Below the pieces are notes generated by a model. The model had not been told where the DNA came from. It did not search any database and saw only the letters and a program-made list of their open reading frames with translations. This document shows positions 18,210 through 29,500 of a stretch of DNA of 64,000 bases, one piece after another (positions within the stretch are counted from its first letter, which is position 1; each line of letters begins with the position of its first letter). The stretch is taken from the sequence record PV730300.1. The stretch is one strand, 5' to 3'. Made by a program: the position numbers and the translations under genes. The stretch comes from a phage.

Positions 18210-20363
18210 ATGAAACAAGCTATATTTACTGTCACGCGAGACAAGAGAGTAAATGCGAGTTCATTTAACTACACGACTGTTGACGGAACAGCAGTCGCTG
18301 GTAGAGATTATATTGCAAAATCGGGAACACTTGTGTTCCCTGATGATGCTGATTCTGCTACTATTGTGGTTGAAGTATTTGAACGACCAAAGAACTCAAT
18401 AGATCTTAACTTCTCCCTCCAAGTTTCAGGGATTAGTCAAAATAACATGATGGTTGAAACAACCATCAATTGTATTATAACTACTATCCAAGAAAATACT
18501 ACTCCAATAACTTGGACTACAAAAGACGTTAAAATGTTCTCTCCTATGTATTGGACAATAGATTCTCAAGCAACGGAAAGTTGTTCTATTGTATCTCATG
18601 GAGACTCTTTTACTGCAAGATTTGTAAACAGAACAACAGCAGGTTTGGCAGGGGTTATCTGGAGCACAGTTGACAAATATGACCATAAAGGTGTTGGGTA
18701 TTTACCCCACACAGATTTAAGTTCAGAGAAACTTTGGTTTAAAATGGAAATTAGTCAAAACATGCCAGGTTTTAAAGAAGAACCTTTGGTGCCGACTTTG
18801 ACTGTAACCCTCCTGGATAAAAGTGTTCATTATGTCAGTTTAGGATTCTATGCTTCAGATATTTCAGAAGATGGTAAAACAGCCACAATCAAGCTAGATT
18901 TTGGTAATATCTTTTCTGGCCCTAATAATGATATTCCTTTGGATATGAGTGCCGTAGACAATATTTTCTTCTCTTTGATTACAGCAAGGTATGAAAAAAT
19001 AGAGGAGATTGTACCTATTGACAGTCAAGAGGCTTGGTTTACTTTCACTCTTCTTGAACCTACTTCTGGTTATAGTATGATGAAAGTCAGCAACCTTGTC
19101 CAGCCTGAACATGATATTCGCATGTGCACATCTTATGATGATATGTATAACCTGACTCCAGAGAGAGTTATTTATAATACATATGCACTAGGTTATCGTG
19201 GAATGATTAACCATTACAACGGAATGTCTCACTATTATGAGTTCTCATGGAACGGAACATCTTGGGCTTTAAATAGATCTGTTTTCCTGAATCCGGCTAC
19301 AGAAGCTTGGCTTAACAGTTTCCATTCTATAGCTAATGAAAATGGCTACACAATAATGAACTCTTTGAGTTTTGAGTTGATGAGCACAGTTTGTCCTGTT
19401 GAATGGGTCCAGCATGATTGGAACGATGCTCTTGCAGCAACAGGGTATAAGCCTCCTAGTTACGTGTTGTCTCCAACTATTGACGAAGGCATGGAATATT
19501 TGCAAAATGTTATTAACAAAATAGCATCTATTTCTCAAGCTAATAACATTCCAGTCGTCATTCAAATTGGTGAACCTTGGTGGTGGTATAATACAGCAAG
19601 TAAAATGCCTTGCATATACGATTACACTACCAAACTGGCATTCAACACAGAAACTGGCTTATTTGCACAAGATGCAGGAACAATAGATAATTATAAAACA
19701 GGAACGCCGTTTGACGAATACTATGCGTTTTTGTCTCGTAAACTAGGATTAAGAGTTACAAAGTTTGCAACAGACACTAGAGCAACTTATCCAGGAGCTA
19801 AAGTAACATTGCTGCCATTCTTACCATCAATTATCGGCAATGGTTTAATGGAGAAAGTTAACTTTCCGTCTGATTACTACATTCCTGAAGCTTTTGATTT
19901 TTATTGTTCAGAGTGTTACGACTGGCTTCTGGAAGGTAAAATGATGAAAGCATTTGATGCAATTACCATACCACATGAAAAATTAGGTTTTGAATATTCT
20001 GATATTCACTATCTTGCAGGTTTTGTTCCAGATGCTACTCTTGCCCCTTTGTATGGCTTTGATCCTGAATCAAACTACCGCACGTATCTTTGGAAAATGA
20101 TTATAGGTAACATAGTGTTGAACGCCAATAAGTTTGACGGACTTACACAATATATATGGGCCTATCCTCAAATAATGCACGATTCTATCACGGTAGTTAA
20201 TTCTCAATCCCAAGTTTTCTATATGGGTAACGTGCCTTTGAACGCTTATTTACAGGATATCACTCTTAAGCAGGTAAATGTTGAGATTGCCACCCTAAGT
20301 GGAATTACATTAGCCACTAAATCTGGAGAAGATTTAGTAACAACACAAAAATTTTATATATAG
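18210..20363 (+). CDS. Large tail structural protein
   Basis: 717 aa ORF with SD in baseplate/fibre cluster. Confidence 0.45.
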   Translation: MKQAIFTVTRDKRVNASSFNYTTVDGTAVAGRDYIAKSGTLVFPDDADSATIVVEVFERPKNSIDLNFSLQVSGISQNNMMVETTINCIITTIQENTTPITWTTKDVKMFSPMYWTIDSQATESCSIVSHGDSFTARFVNRTTAGLAGVIWSTVDKYDHKGVGYLPHTDLSSEKLWFKMEISQNMPGFKEEPLVPTLTVTLLDKSVHYVSLGFYASDISEDGKTATIKLDFGNIFSGPNNDIPLDMSAVDNIFFSLITARYEKIEEIVPIDSQEAWFTFTLLEPTSGYSMMKVSNLVQPEHDIRMCTSYDDMYNLTPERVIYNTYALGYRGMINHYNGMSHYYEFSWNGTSWALNRSVFLNPATEAWLNSFHSIANENGYTIMNSLSFELMSTVCPVEWVQHDWNDALAATGYKPPSYVLSPTIDEGMEYLQNVINKIASISQANNIPVVIQIGEPWWWYNTASKMPCIYDYTTKLAFNTETGLFAQDAGTIDNYKTGTPFDEYYAFLSRKLGLRVTKFATDTRATYPGAKVTLLPFLPSIIGNGLMEKVNFPSDYYIPEAFDFYCSECYDWLLEGKMMKAFDAITIPHEKLGFEYSDIHYLAGFVPDATLAPLYGFDPESNYRTYLWKMIIGNIVLNANKFDGLTQYIWAYPQIMHDSITVVNSQSQVFYMGNVPLNAYLQDITLKQVNVEIATLSGITLATKSGEDLVTTQKFYI

Positions 20364-20371
20364 GAGTAAAA

Positions 20372-22012
20372 ATGTCAACTACAATTACTAATTTACCTGA
20401 AACATCAAAAGTTAATGGTTCTGATTACCTGGTTTTAGACCAACCTGATAAGACTGTTAAAAGCACAGTTTCCAACTTTCTTACTGACACTGGGGTGGTT
20501 TTAGCCACCCAGTTGAAAGATACAGATGGAGCAGGTTTAGTTAACACATCTAGCGGAGATTCAGTCCAAACCGTTATTGATTATCTGATAGATACTGACC
20601 TGGCTCATCTTAGTAATCTGGCTACTGCCAAAGCGTCTACCATTAAAGCCAACAACATTAATATTGCTTATAAATATGGTAATGTTTCTTATCTCTCTAC
20701 CGGCACTACTGGTACGCCTTCAACTGGTAACGCACATACTTTTTATGATGCAACTGGTAAGGGGTTTAAGATAAATGCACCGCAACGGCAGAAAAACACT
20801 TCTGGTGTAATAGCATTCTCGGAAGTATGGACTAAGTTAGATTTAGACCCTACTCTATTCGAAAAAGCAATATCGCTAGGAATTGGTACATTCATGTTCT
20901 ATACCTGGACAGCGCCAGTACAGACATATAAAGATTTCCTCGACCTTGCGAGTATTTACGGATTTGATGTTATTTTACAGGCAGTACCAAATAGTACGTA
21001 TTCATCCGACCTGGACGCGGATTTCGCTAAACTGTCTCCTTTATTCGACCATGACGCTGTAGTAGGGTTATACCTATTCGACGAGCCGAACTTGTCTACA
21101 TACCCTCTTACCCGCCAGGGTGAGATTATTGCTAAAGCGAAAACACTTAGTAACCTACCGCTGTACGCCGCTAGTAATGCAGAAGTTAACGGGGAATCTC
21201 TACCACTCCATATGGATATTGATTACGTATTTACATCCCAGTACGCGCATTTCATAGGTGCAGTTGGTATCCGTCGATACGCTGCCTCTATGTGGTCGGC
21301 TATGGAGGAGGAGGGGATGAGGGCAGGACGTATCATCCCGTTACTAACAGCGTATTGGTATGAGAACGAGGCCCCAACTTTAAAATCCGCACAGATTACA
21401 GCGGTTAATAACTTCATCTGTAAAAACTTTTCTAAGATTGGCATGTGGGCTTTCTATGCTAATAAAAATGGGCACTTTCTGGAAAACGATGACCAGATAT
21501 ATAATCTCGTGAAACAAAGTCTTGCCATCCGCAAGAGTAAAATAAAAGACTGTAAGTTGATACGTACACTATTCCGAAAGGCTAACGCCCTGCCCGCTAA
21601 CTGCTATAAATACCAGACAAAACCAACTGTCGTAGGGGATGTGTTCTGGCTAGATCCTGCATCAACCGCTACATGGAACGACCCCGCAGGAGTTATTCGA
21701 ATTAAGACAGGGGAGCAATTCGCCATAAACTTTGGGCGACCAGTACGTCTGGAGGCGATTATAGCAGCTTTCACCGACAACAACGGTTCAAGTAACAGCG
21801 CCACCCTGTCCCTCACTTTCAACCCAACTATCGCATCTGGTAGGGTGTATGATACTACTGTCACAAAAGTAGGCGGCGGCGATTTTGAGTGGTTTTTTAC
21901 GGATTTATCGAACCCACCACATTTAGTTACTACAGTGGCTATAAAGGTTGTATCGTCTACTGGCTCTGACTATCTGATATTGGAGCGTATTGGTTTTGTA
22001 GTAACTGAGTAA
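20372..22012 (+). CDS. Tail fibre / tailspike-like protein
   Basis: 546 aa; N-terminus (TNLPETSKVNGSDYLVLDQ) resembles fibre/spike attachment domains; followed by strong terminator. Confidence 0.45.
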   Translation: MSTTITNLPETSKVNGSDYLVLDQPDKTVKSTVSNFLTDTGVVLATQLKDTDGAGLVNTSSGDSVQTVIDYLIDTDLAHLSNLATAKASTIKANNINIAYKYGNVSYLSTGTTGTPSTGNAHTFYDATGKGFKINAPQRQKNTSGVIAFSEVWTKLDLDPTLFEKAISLGIGTFMFYTWTAPVQTYKDFLDLASIYGFDVILQAVPNSTYSSDLDADFAKLSPLFDHDAVVGLYLFDEPNLSTYPLTRQGEIIAKAKTLSNLPLYAASNAEVNGESLPLHMDIDYVFTSQYAHFIGAVGIRRYAASMWSAMEEEGMRAGRIIPLLTAYWYENEAPTLKSAQITAVNNFICKNFSKIGMWAFYANKNGHFLENDDQIYNLVKQSLAIRKSKIKDCKLIRTLFRKANALPANCYKYQTKPTVVGDVFWLDPASTATWNDPAGVIRIKTGEQFAINFGRPVRLEAIIAAFTDNNGSSNSATLSLTFNPTIASGRVYDTTVTKVGGGDFEWFFTDLSNPPHLVTTVAIKVVSSTGSDYLILERIGFVVTE

Positions 22013-22022
22013 TAATACATTC

Positions 22023-22048
22023 CCCTCTTAGGAGGGGTCTTTTTCTTA
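22023..22048 (+). terminator. Rho-independent terminator
   Basis: cccctc-ttag-gagggg hairpin followed by tctttttctt. Confidence 0.6.
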
Positions 22049-22067
22049 GAAAAACAAAGAGGTACTT

Positions 22068-22220
22068 ATGAACGAATTATTCTCCCAAGGCGGTATTGCC
22101 CCAGGTATTACTGCCATTGGTCTTAGTGCTGCCGGAGTATTAGTTCACTCTGCTGGTAATGTGGACCTTGGGGAATTAGCTGCATATCGTGATTTAAAAA
22201 GTAATGAGAACGCACTATGA
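22068..22220 (+). CDS. Small membrane protein (1 predicted TM helix), 50 aa
   Basis: ATG with AAGAGG SD; hydrophobic stretch IAPGITAIGLSAAGVLV; stop overlaps next start (ATGA); below the 60-aa ORF track cutoff. Confidence 0.35.
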   Translation: MNELFSQGGIAPGITAIGLSAAGVLVHSAGNVDLGELAAYRDLKSNENAL

Positions 22221-22459
22221 GAAAATTTTTAATAGGTATGTTCTGTACATATCCTGATAATAAAGTCAGTTCTACGAAAGTCTGGAACGCTGTAGGCATG
22301 TCGGTTATGACAGGCATGTTTATCTTTTTAGGAATAGAAAAAGAAATTCCTGAATGGATGGGTTGGGCTTTTGTTTTCATGATAACTCCTTCTCGCCTCA
22401 TGAAAAATCTTATTGATTTACGCTGGGGCAGATCACAATCTACCAAAGAGGATGACTAA
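22217..22459 (+). CDS. Small membrane protein with two predicted TM helices and charged C-terminus (holin-like topology)
   Basis: 80 aa; hydrophobic segments VWNAVGMSVMTGMFIFLGI and WMGWAFVFMITP; C-terminal RWGRSQSTKEDD. Confidence 0.4.
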   Translation: MRKFLIGMFCTYPDNKVSSTKVWNAVGMSVMTGMFIFLGIEKEIPEWMGWAFVFMITPSRLMKNLIDLRWGRSQSTKEDD

Positions 22460-23946
22460 TGGACGAATATGGTTTGACAGATGCGGGATTTGTAATCCCG
22501 ACTTTTGACGATGTTTTAAACAACTACATGACAGCAGTAAAAAACACATTTGGTGCAGATGCAGCCACTTCGGAAGATACTGTGATCGGACAACTGTTTA
22601 GAATAATTGCATACACAGATTACACATTGTGGGAAGGTATGCAAGGTGTTTATAATACTCAAACACTGGATGGTGCAGAAGGTATTTATCTTGATGAAAT
22701 CTTTTCTAAACGCGGTTTCTATCGAGCAGGTGCAGCAGCAAGTACAGGTTATGCATATGTTAAGAGTAATAACAAAGCAGCTTGGACTTATGAGCTAGGC
22801 ACGGATATTTACTTCAACTCTGATAGTGATATGAACTACTATGTTAGCACACCAACCATGTTGAATGCTAAGATTGCAGCTTATCAAATCTCTCGTGCTA
22901 ATGCAACTGCTACAGGTGTTCCAAATATTACTTTTTATGCACAAAGTGCGGTCGATGGAGGACTAAACAGCAAAACACTTGCACCTGGTTCTTCTACATT
23001 TATAACCGATCTTGAAACTTTTATCAAGGCAAATTTAACAGAAGCTGATCGTAGTCTTGTATTTTCTGATTCAGGTAACTTATCAATTGGTTTTACTTCT
23101 TTAACCAGTGATACTCCAGTGGGGCTGGTAACTCCTATTAAATTTTATGCTAGTGTTCCGGTTGGAACCAAGTGGAGTGAGATTCCGGTAGTTGCAGCAG
23201 AGAAAGGATACAATCCTGTTGGTGTGGAGTCTATTACAGGGATATCTTCTACCTTTACAGGTTATCTTGACAGTGGTAACTTCTATTCATTTTCTCCTGG
23301 TCGAGATGTTGAGACAGACGCAGAATTCCGCTCTCGTTTCAATGACAACGTTGATGAAGCTAACGCAGGGACACGAGCAGCTATTGTGAAAGCTCTGTTG
23401 CTTACAGATGGTGTTACTAAGGTGAAGATTTATGATAACCCTACGTTACATGATCAAGAACACGCTCCAGCTATGACTTTCCAGACTATAGTTTATGGTG
23501 GCAGTGCAGAAGAAATTGCAAATGTTATCTATAAAACCAAACCAATCAACACTTTGACACACGGAACAACTAACATAACAGTTACAACAGAAGATGGAGG
23601 ACAAGAAATTATTCGCTTCTCCCCTGGTGCTTCTGCTACGTATTCTGTAAAACTTGTTTATCAAACTGTCAACGGAACAACTTTAAGTGGAACAGAAAAA
23701 CAAAACATCGTAGAAGCTTTACAAAACCTGCAAGCTTACTTTGAGTTAGGTTCTTCAGTAACGAACGATCAAATCAAAGGTGTTATTTATGCAGCACTTG
23801 CTTTTGGACGCTTGACTTCTCTTCGTGTTTATGTTAAACTTAATACTGAGGATGACAGTAAATATACAGAGAATAATATAGTTCCTGCTTATAATGTTGT
23901 CCCTTCTTTTGACCTTGATAACATTTCTTACGAGTATGGAGTGTAA
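22459..23946 (+). CDS. Baseplate J-like protein (gp6 / gpJ family)
   Basis: 495 aa; position between baseplate genes and tail fibre; Gly/Asp-rich N-terminal region suggested as Baseplate_J-like; not motif-confirmed. Confidence 0.5.
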   Translation: MDEYGLTDAGFVIPTFDDVLNNYMTAVKNTFGADAATSEDTVIGQLFRIIAYTDYTLWEGMQGVYNTQTLDGAEGIYLDEIFSKRGFYRAGAAASTGYAYVKSNNKAAWTYELGTDIYFNSDSDMNYYVSTPTMLNAKIAAYQISRANATATGVPNITFYAQSAVDGGLNSKTLAPGSSTFITDLETFIKANLTEADRSLVFSDSGNLSIGFTSLTSDTPVGLVTPIKFYASVPVGTKWSEIPVVAAEKGYNPVGVESITGISSTFTGYLDSGNFYSFSPGRDVETDAEFRSRFNDNVDEANAGTRAAIVKALLLTDGVTKVKIYDNPTLHDQEHAPAMTFQTIVYGGSAEEIANVIYKTKPINTLTHGTTNITVTTEDGGQEIIRFSPGASATYSVKLVYQTVNGTTLSGTEKQNIVEALQNLQAYFELGSSVTNDQIKGVIYAALAFGRLTSLRVYVKLNTEDDSKYTENNIVPAYNVVPSFDLDNISYEYGV

Positions 23947-23948
23947 AA

Positions 23949-24578
23949 ATGGCAGTGAGTGTTGACCATGTAACAACTTGGGCCAGTATCAACGAAGATG
24001 TTAAAAACCTTCTGATTGAAGATTTTAAATCTTCTCCTAACATTGTCAAGCTCCTCTACATCGTATCCAGTGAAAAGCAAAAGATAGATCAGGCAATGAT
24101 CTATCTTGCTAAACACCGCTTGATCTCTACAGCCACAGGCAAATACCTAGATATTCTAGGGGAAGAAATGGGGATCGAACGTAATGGCTCTGATGATGAA
24201 GAGTATAGAACAATATTAAAAATCAGGGCTTACCGCGTAGCCTCATCGGGGACTCGTGGTGACATAATTGATATCTTCGCCCGTTTCACAGGAACAGAGC
24301 GTGAAACGCTTAATACTTACGTAGGTTTGAATAAAACCTTTGATGTGTTTTTCTACAACCTGTGTCTTCAATCTGATCAAGCTTTAGAGCAGTTGCTAAG
24401 TGTTTTCCCTATTATTAGTAGCTACCGTCTTGGAGCAAAAGCAGGATCAGCTTTTGGTTTTAGTTCTTATTATGCTACCAAACCGCCTCATGGTATTGGT
24501 GGTTTAGGTTCCCTGTACATGGAATCTACTGGGGATGAAACAGGACGCATGTGTACGCTTCTCAAGCAAATAGATTAA
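23949..24578 (+). CDS. Baseplate protein (gpI-like)
   Basis: 209 aa ORF immediately downstream of J-like gene, as in P2/Mu-type baseplate operons. Confidence 0.4.
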   Translation: MAVSVDHVTTWASINEDVKNLLIEDFKSSPNIVKLLYIVSSEKQKIDQAMIYLAKHRLISTATGKYLDILGEEMGIERNGSDDEEYRTILKIRAYRVASSGTRGDIIDIFARFTGTERETLNTYVGLNKTFDVFFYNLCLQSDQALEQLLSVFPIISSYRLGAKAGSAFGFSSYYATKPPHGIGGLGSLYMESTGDETGRMCTLLKQID

Positions 24579-24587
24579 GGAGTTTAA

Positions 24588-25649
24588 ATGGCGAAGCCAA
24601 TATATTATCCTGACTGGGCTACACAAACTGTAACGCTCCCAGGAACTTTAAACACAAACAAAATTAGACCTAAAGAAACCATCCGCACAGTTGGTATGGA
24701 TTATGGTCAAATCATGACTTGCGAAGAAATGAACTGGATTCTTAATAATATCGGTTTATGGATTCGCTATTTGGTGGATGACTTTCTTCCAACTTTACCT
24801 AATACCTACTTGCCTTTAGTGGGAACTAAGATTACAATGGCAGGTGATGCTACTGGTGAGGCTACTTGGAACGGTAACAAAGAAGTTACTTTATCTATCC
24901 AAGTTCAAGATAACAGTCATAATCACTTGTCGGCAAACATTACAGATGCCACTAGTTCAACAGTAACACCAAACGTGTTGGTAAAACGTGATGCGGGTGG
25001 TGCTATTTATGGTGGCGATGTTTATGTTAACGGTACTTCCACAACAGATCCTGCAACACTGTTCTTCAAAAACTTCGCAGGACAAACAAATGGTGAGATT
25101 TCTGCCGAGTATCAAAGCGGAGGTCAGCTTTACATCTATCGTAGAAATCCTAGCACAGGTAATGTATCGGCAGGTGTTCGTTTATATGATGCAGGTTATG
25201 TTCTAATAGACAGTCCAAGATCAAACAGTGGGCAAGATACTTCTAACGGAAACGCTTTAGTTCGCTTAGATTATCTGAATTCTCGTTTGACTTCTCTTCA
25301 GAACACATTGCAGACGAATATTAACACTGTTCAAAACAACCTGAATAGTGTTAACAACAACCTCTCTTCTCGTATAAACAATGTAGAAAGTAATCATCAA
25401 AGTCAGATTACAAATAACTACAACTATGCTAACGGAACCTTTGTAAGAGATATTCGTTATACTAGCCAAGGTGTGTATTATCCCCCAGGGAACGAGGTTT
25501 CTTGGACTTATATCTGTTCTTCTGGTTATGTTCTTTCTGGTATTATCGTACAGGAAACAGGACGTAGCTCTGCGGATAACATCGGTGGGGTTTACTTCAA
25601 ACGCCTCCAGCGCAACGTTAACGGAAACTGGTACGATATTGGAGGCTAA
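24588..25649 (+). CDS. Tail fibre protein
   Basis: 353 aa; Asn/Ser/Thr/Gly-rich with heptad-like NNLNSVNNNLSSRINNVESN segment; followed by putative assembly chaperone. Confidence 0.45.
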   Translation: MAKPIYYPDWATQTVTLPGTLNTNKIRPKETIRTVGMDYGQIMTCEEMNWILNNIGLWIRYLVDDFLPTLPNTYLPLVGTKITMAGDATGEATWNGNKEVTLSIQVQDNSHNHLSANITDATSSTVTPNVLVKRDAGGAIYGGDVYVNGTSTTDPATLFFKNFAGQTNGEISAEYQSGGQLYIYRRNPSTGNVSAGVRLYDAGYVLIDSPRSNSGQDTSNGNALVRLDYLNSRLTSLQNTLQTNINTVQNNLNSVNNNLSSRINNVESNHQSQITNNYNYANGTFVRDIRYTSQGVYYPPGNEVSWTYICSSGYVLSGIIVQETGRSSADNIGGVYFKRLQRNVNGNWYDIGG

Positions 25650-26195
25650 ATGATATTTACAAACTTTAAAAAATATATTCCTGAAGACCCTGAACTAAAA
25701 GAATTGGTAGAAGCAGAGAACATTCTTTTTCTTCGTTGCGATCAAGGTTACGATTGGTATGATTTACGTAGCACAGAGTTCAATAACGATAAAATGAAAG
25801 TCGTTTTTGATGATCAAAATCGTATTGTGTTTTGGAATACTGATCCTACACTACTTTGCCCTGAAGATCTTTCTATAGCACAAGTAGACTTTAATATAGA
25901 TACTTTTGAGGATATTAGGAACAAGGTTCTGGATTTAGAAACCTTAACTCTTAAGGATAAAGAGTATTCCCGTGAAGAGTTGATGACACAAGCTAGTGCA
26001 AAAATTCGCTCTTTACAAGAAACAGCGGTAGCACTTATAACACCTTTACAGTATGCTAAAGATTTAGAAATGGCTACTGAAGACGAATTAGCTTATCTTA
26101 AAAATCTTCAAGTTTATGTAGTTAAACTAAATCGTGTTCCGCTTCAAAAAGACTATCCTTACGCTATAGATTGGCCTACATTACCGACAGAATAA
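25650..26195 (+). CDS. Tail fibre assembly protein / chaperone
   Basis: 181 aa acidic ORF translationally coupled to the preceding fibre gene. Confidence 0.4.
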   Translation: MIFTNFKKYIPEDPELKELVEAENILFLRCDQGYDWYDLRSTEFNNDKMKVVFDDQNRIVFWNTDPTLLCPEDLSIAQVDFNIDTFEDIRNKVLDLETLTLKDKEYSREELMTQASAKIRSLQETAVALITPLQYAKDLEMATEDELAYLKNLQVYVVKLNRVPLQKDYPYAIDWPTLPTE

Positions 26196-26204
26196 GGGAT
26201 CACT

Positions 26205-26540
26205 ATGGAATTTCAAGAAGCATGGGGACTTGCAAAGGATGCAATAATCCCTTTAATCGGAGTCATCTGGTTCTTTTTCAAACAAAAAATGGATAAATTC
26301 GGCTCTGATCTTGAGGAAATGGAGGAGAAAAGTCGAGAGCTAGAGAAGAAGTTGGTCTTTGTTGAATCAACTTATGCAACTAAAGCCGAACTTACCCAGA
26401 TGCTAAATCAAATTAACTCTACATTAATGGCAAATAATAACACCCTTGAGCAAAAAATTGAAAAGATTATGGACCTCAAGAATGCGACTATCCAAATGAT
26501 GCTAGATGACATAGTTAAACGTACACAGAATAAGGGGTAA
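26205..26540 (+). CDS. Membrane-anchored coiled-coil protein
   Basis: 111 aa; N-terminal hydrophobic helix AIIPLIGVIWFFF then Glu/Lys-rich predicted coiled coil. Confidence 0.4.
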   Translation: MEFQEAWGLAKDAIIPLIGVIWFFFKQKMDKFGSDLEEMEEKSRELEKKLVFVESTYATKAELTQMLNQINSTLMANNNTLEQKIEKIMDLKNATIQMMLDDIVKRTQNKG

Positions 26541-26543
26541 TTA

Positions 26544-29500
26544 ATGGCAACATTCCCAACATATCCAGCAACGTCTCTCGAACAGGGCGTAGACCTGGTT
26601 ATTTTCTCATCTAACCAACTCCATGATGTTATTAATGGAAGTGCTACAGAGAGTATTGAAACAGAATCAGGGTTGATACCAACCCTGAGAAAAGCCCTTG
26701 TTGACAACTTTTTCTTTAAAAGCCCATTGGATTGGGCGCAAGGCACAAACGAAACAGTTTTTAACCAACTTCGTTATTTCCAGAATGGAGTATTGAGCGG
26801 TTATTACTATGCCCCTAACGCTACATTGGTTAACCCAATCCCTATGCAAGGGACTCCAGTAGGAGATAACAACTGGGTATTGTGGGGACTGAAAACAGAA
26901 CAACTAGCAACAGAAGTCACCCCGTGGGTATACTCTGGTGCAACGGGTTATGAAACAGTAATTAGTCCTCCTTACATCTTTGATAGTGCTATTGTTACGA
27001 TCAATGGTGTTATTCAGGTTCTGGGGGAAGCTTTCCGTATAGAAGATAGTAAGATCATCTTATCTGAACCTTTGGGACACGATCCTGCAACAGGACTGCC
27101 AAACAAGCTTTTTGCTTATATTGGTAAAATCGTAGCTTCAGCAGATACAGATCCTAACCTAGAGAATCGTCTTGTTAGTTTAGAAACAAAAACGGAAGAA
27201 CTAACAGAAAGCATGGATAAAGTCCCTCTGCAAACTATTGCTCGTAAATATGGTTTGTTAGATGATGAGGTGGCTTACGCAACAGCAGGTCAATCGTTAA
27301 CAGGGATTAAAGCTCTGTATGATCCAGTAGCACAGTCTTCCTACACATTACCTCCTAACATCACAGGAACTTTAACATCCTTATCTGTTTCTGGAGTAAT
27401 GACTTATTCTGGTGGGTCTGTAGATCTTTCTGCACTAGCTGTTGAACGTGGACAGTTTGTTCATTTGCCTACAAGCTTTGGTAATAACGTAACTCTGACA
27501 GCTAAAAATCAGACGATTGGACGTGGTGCTGGTCGTTATCGTTGGGCTGGAAGTTTACCAAAAAGTATTTTGGCCTCCGATACATTGGAGACAAGCGGTG
27601 GATTAGGTCCAAATGCATGGGTTCTGACCAATACAGAAGGACTGTTAACCCCTCGTGGTGGAACATACAACGACTTATTCGATGTTGTCTACTTGTCAGA
27701 ATTTGCTAACAACACAACAGCATATACCACACCAGAAGCAGCTTTCCAAGCAGCACTGTTAGCAGCAAAAGCTTCTAAAAGCAAGATTCTCGATGCTTAC
27801 GGTTGTGATATGACTTTCACGACAAGCTCTTTTGATATTCAAGGTATCACTTTGCGTGGGGGTGTGTTCCGTGGTCAACGCGACTATCGTGTGCAAAATG
27901 CTACAGTAGAAGGCACAACTTTCCGTAACTCTCGTGTTATGTATTGGGGTGGTGCTGTGCGCATGTTCGATTGTTTGTGGGACGGTGCTCCTCGCGCAGG
28001 TCAAGTTGGTAGCTTGGTATTCCAAGGCAACCCAATATCAGGTACTTTTGAAATTGATAACTGTACTTTTAAAAACGGGTTGTATGGCATCCTTCAACAA
28101 GGAACAGGGGAACCAGTAACACGTGGTGTCTTCCGTAACCTTACCTTCATGGACATGCAAGGTGATGCAATAGAACTGAACGTCATCAATAAACATTATG
28201 ACGATGGTTGTGTGATTGAGAATATTTACCTGTCTAATATCGATGGGACTAACGCTCCTATTCCTCTGTCCAACTGGGGTATCGGTATCGGTGTAGCTGG
28301 TAAAGGACCATATGGTTACGGAATCCCTGATGATCAATATTGCAAGAATATTACAATTCGTAACGTTTTTGCAAAACGTTGTCGTCAGATTGTCCACGTA
28401 GAAGTTGGTCGTAATATCTCTATCGAAAACATTCATGGCGATCCAGACCAGACCGTATCTGTTGGGACAGGTTTGGCAACTGGCGCAGTTGTAATGTATG
28501 GAAGTAAAGATTTTACGATTGACGGTGTTTACGGAGAGCCTAAAACAGACGGTAGCACACTTGCAAGTAATATCCGTATGATTTATTTGGAGTGGGGAAC
28601 TAACGCAGTTCTGGATGAAGAGGGTAATCCGGTAGTTCCGGCACAGGGCAGACCTTCAAATCCATGCTTTAACTATTCTGTTCGTAACATTCACACCAAA
28701 ACTGGGCGTGTTTTTGCGGGAGTTTCCGCTGGACCAGGTTATGAAAACAGAGTTAGCTTTGAAAATATTCGTTGCGCTGCATTGCAGTTGTTCGGTATAG
28801 CTTCTTGGCTTTCAATGTCTAACATCACCTGTAATATCTTCGATTGTGTTGGTCAACCTGAATCTGGTCCAGGGACATTTTATGATGGATTCTTCCGTAG
28901 AGAAAAATCTGTTCTTGAAATGGTTAACGTAAACTGTTACCCAGATGGCAAGACGATGGTTACTGGTCGTCCACAGTGGAGCCGTTGCCGTTACTCTGAT
29001 ATTCATCGTGTCAACTGTAATGTTGAAGCTAATATGTATACCAATATCGCAGGTGGTATTGGAGCTATTGTAGGGACAACGGGCAAAGTTTATTACTTAG
29101 AGCCTAATCCTAGTCGAAACATTGATGGAATGCATTTCCCAACAGGGAAAGAGTTTGACAAAGGTGATATGATAGTCAAGGCGGATAATACGTTCTTCCT
29201 TGTAACAACAAGTGGGGCATATATTCCAGATATCCCAGCTTTCGGTATTCGAGCTACACAGGCAGGAGATACCTTCCTAACACAGAACTTGACTCCTAAC
29301 GGGACAGCAACAAATGCTTCTTGGTTGTATCATTACCCTCTGTCAGCAGGGACACGTATCCGTATTCCTGGTGCTGGCGTAGGTGGAGCAGATTTGGACA
29401 CAGTTATTACTCGTGCACCTTATCAAGATAATGATACGTGGACTAACCCAGTTAAAATAGACATTGCAGATCCAATTGTAACGCCTACAAGTGCTGGAGT

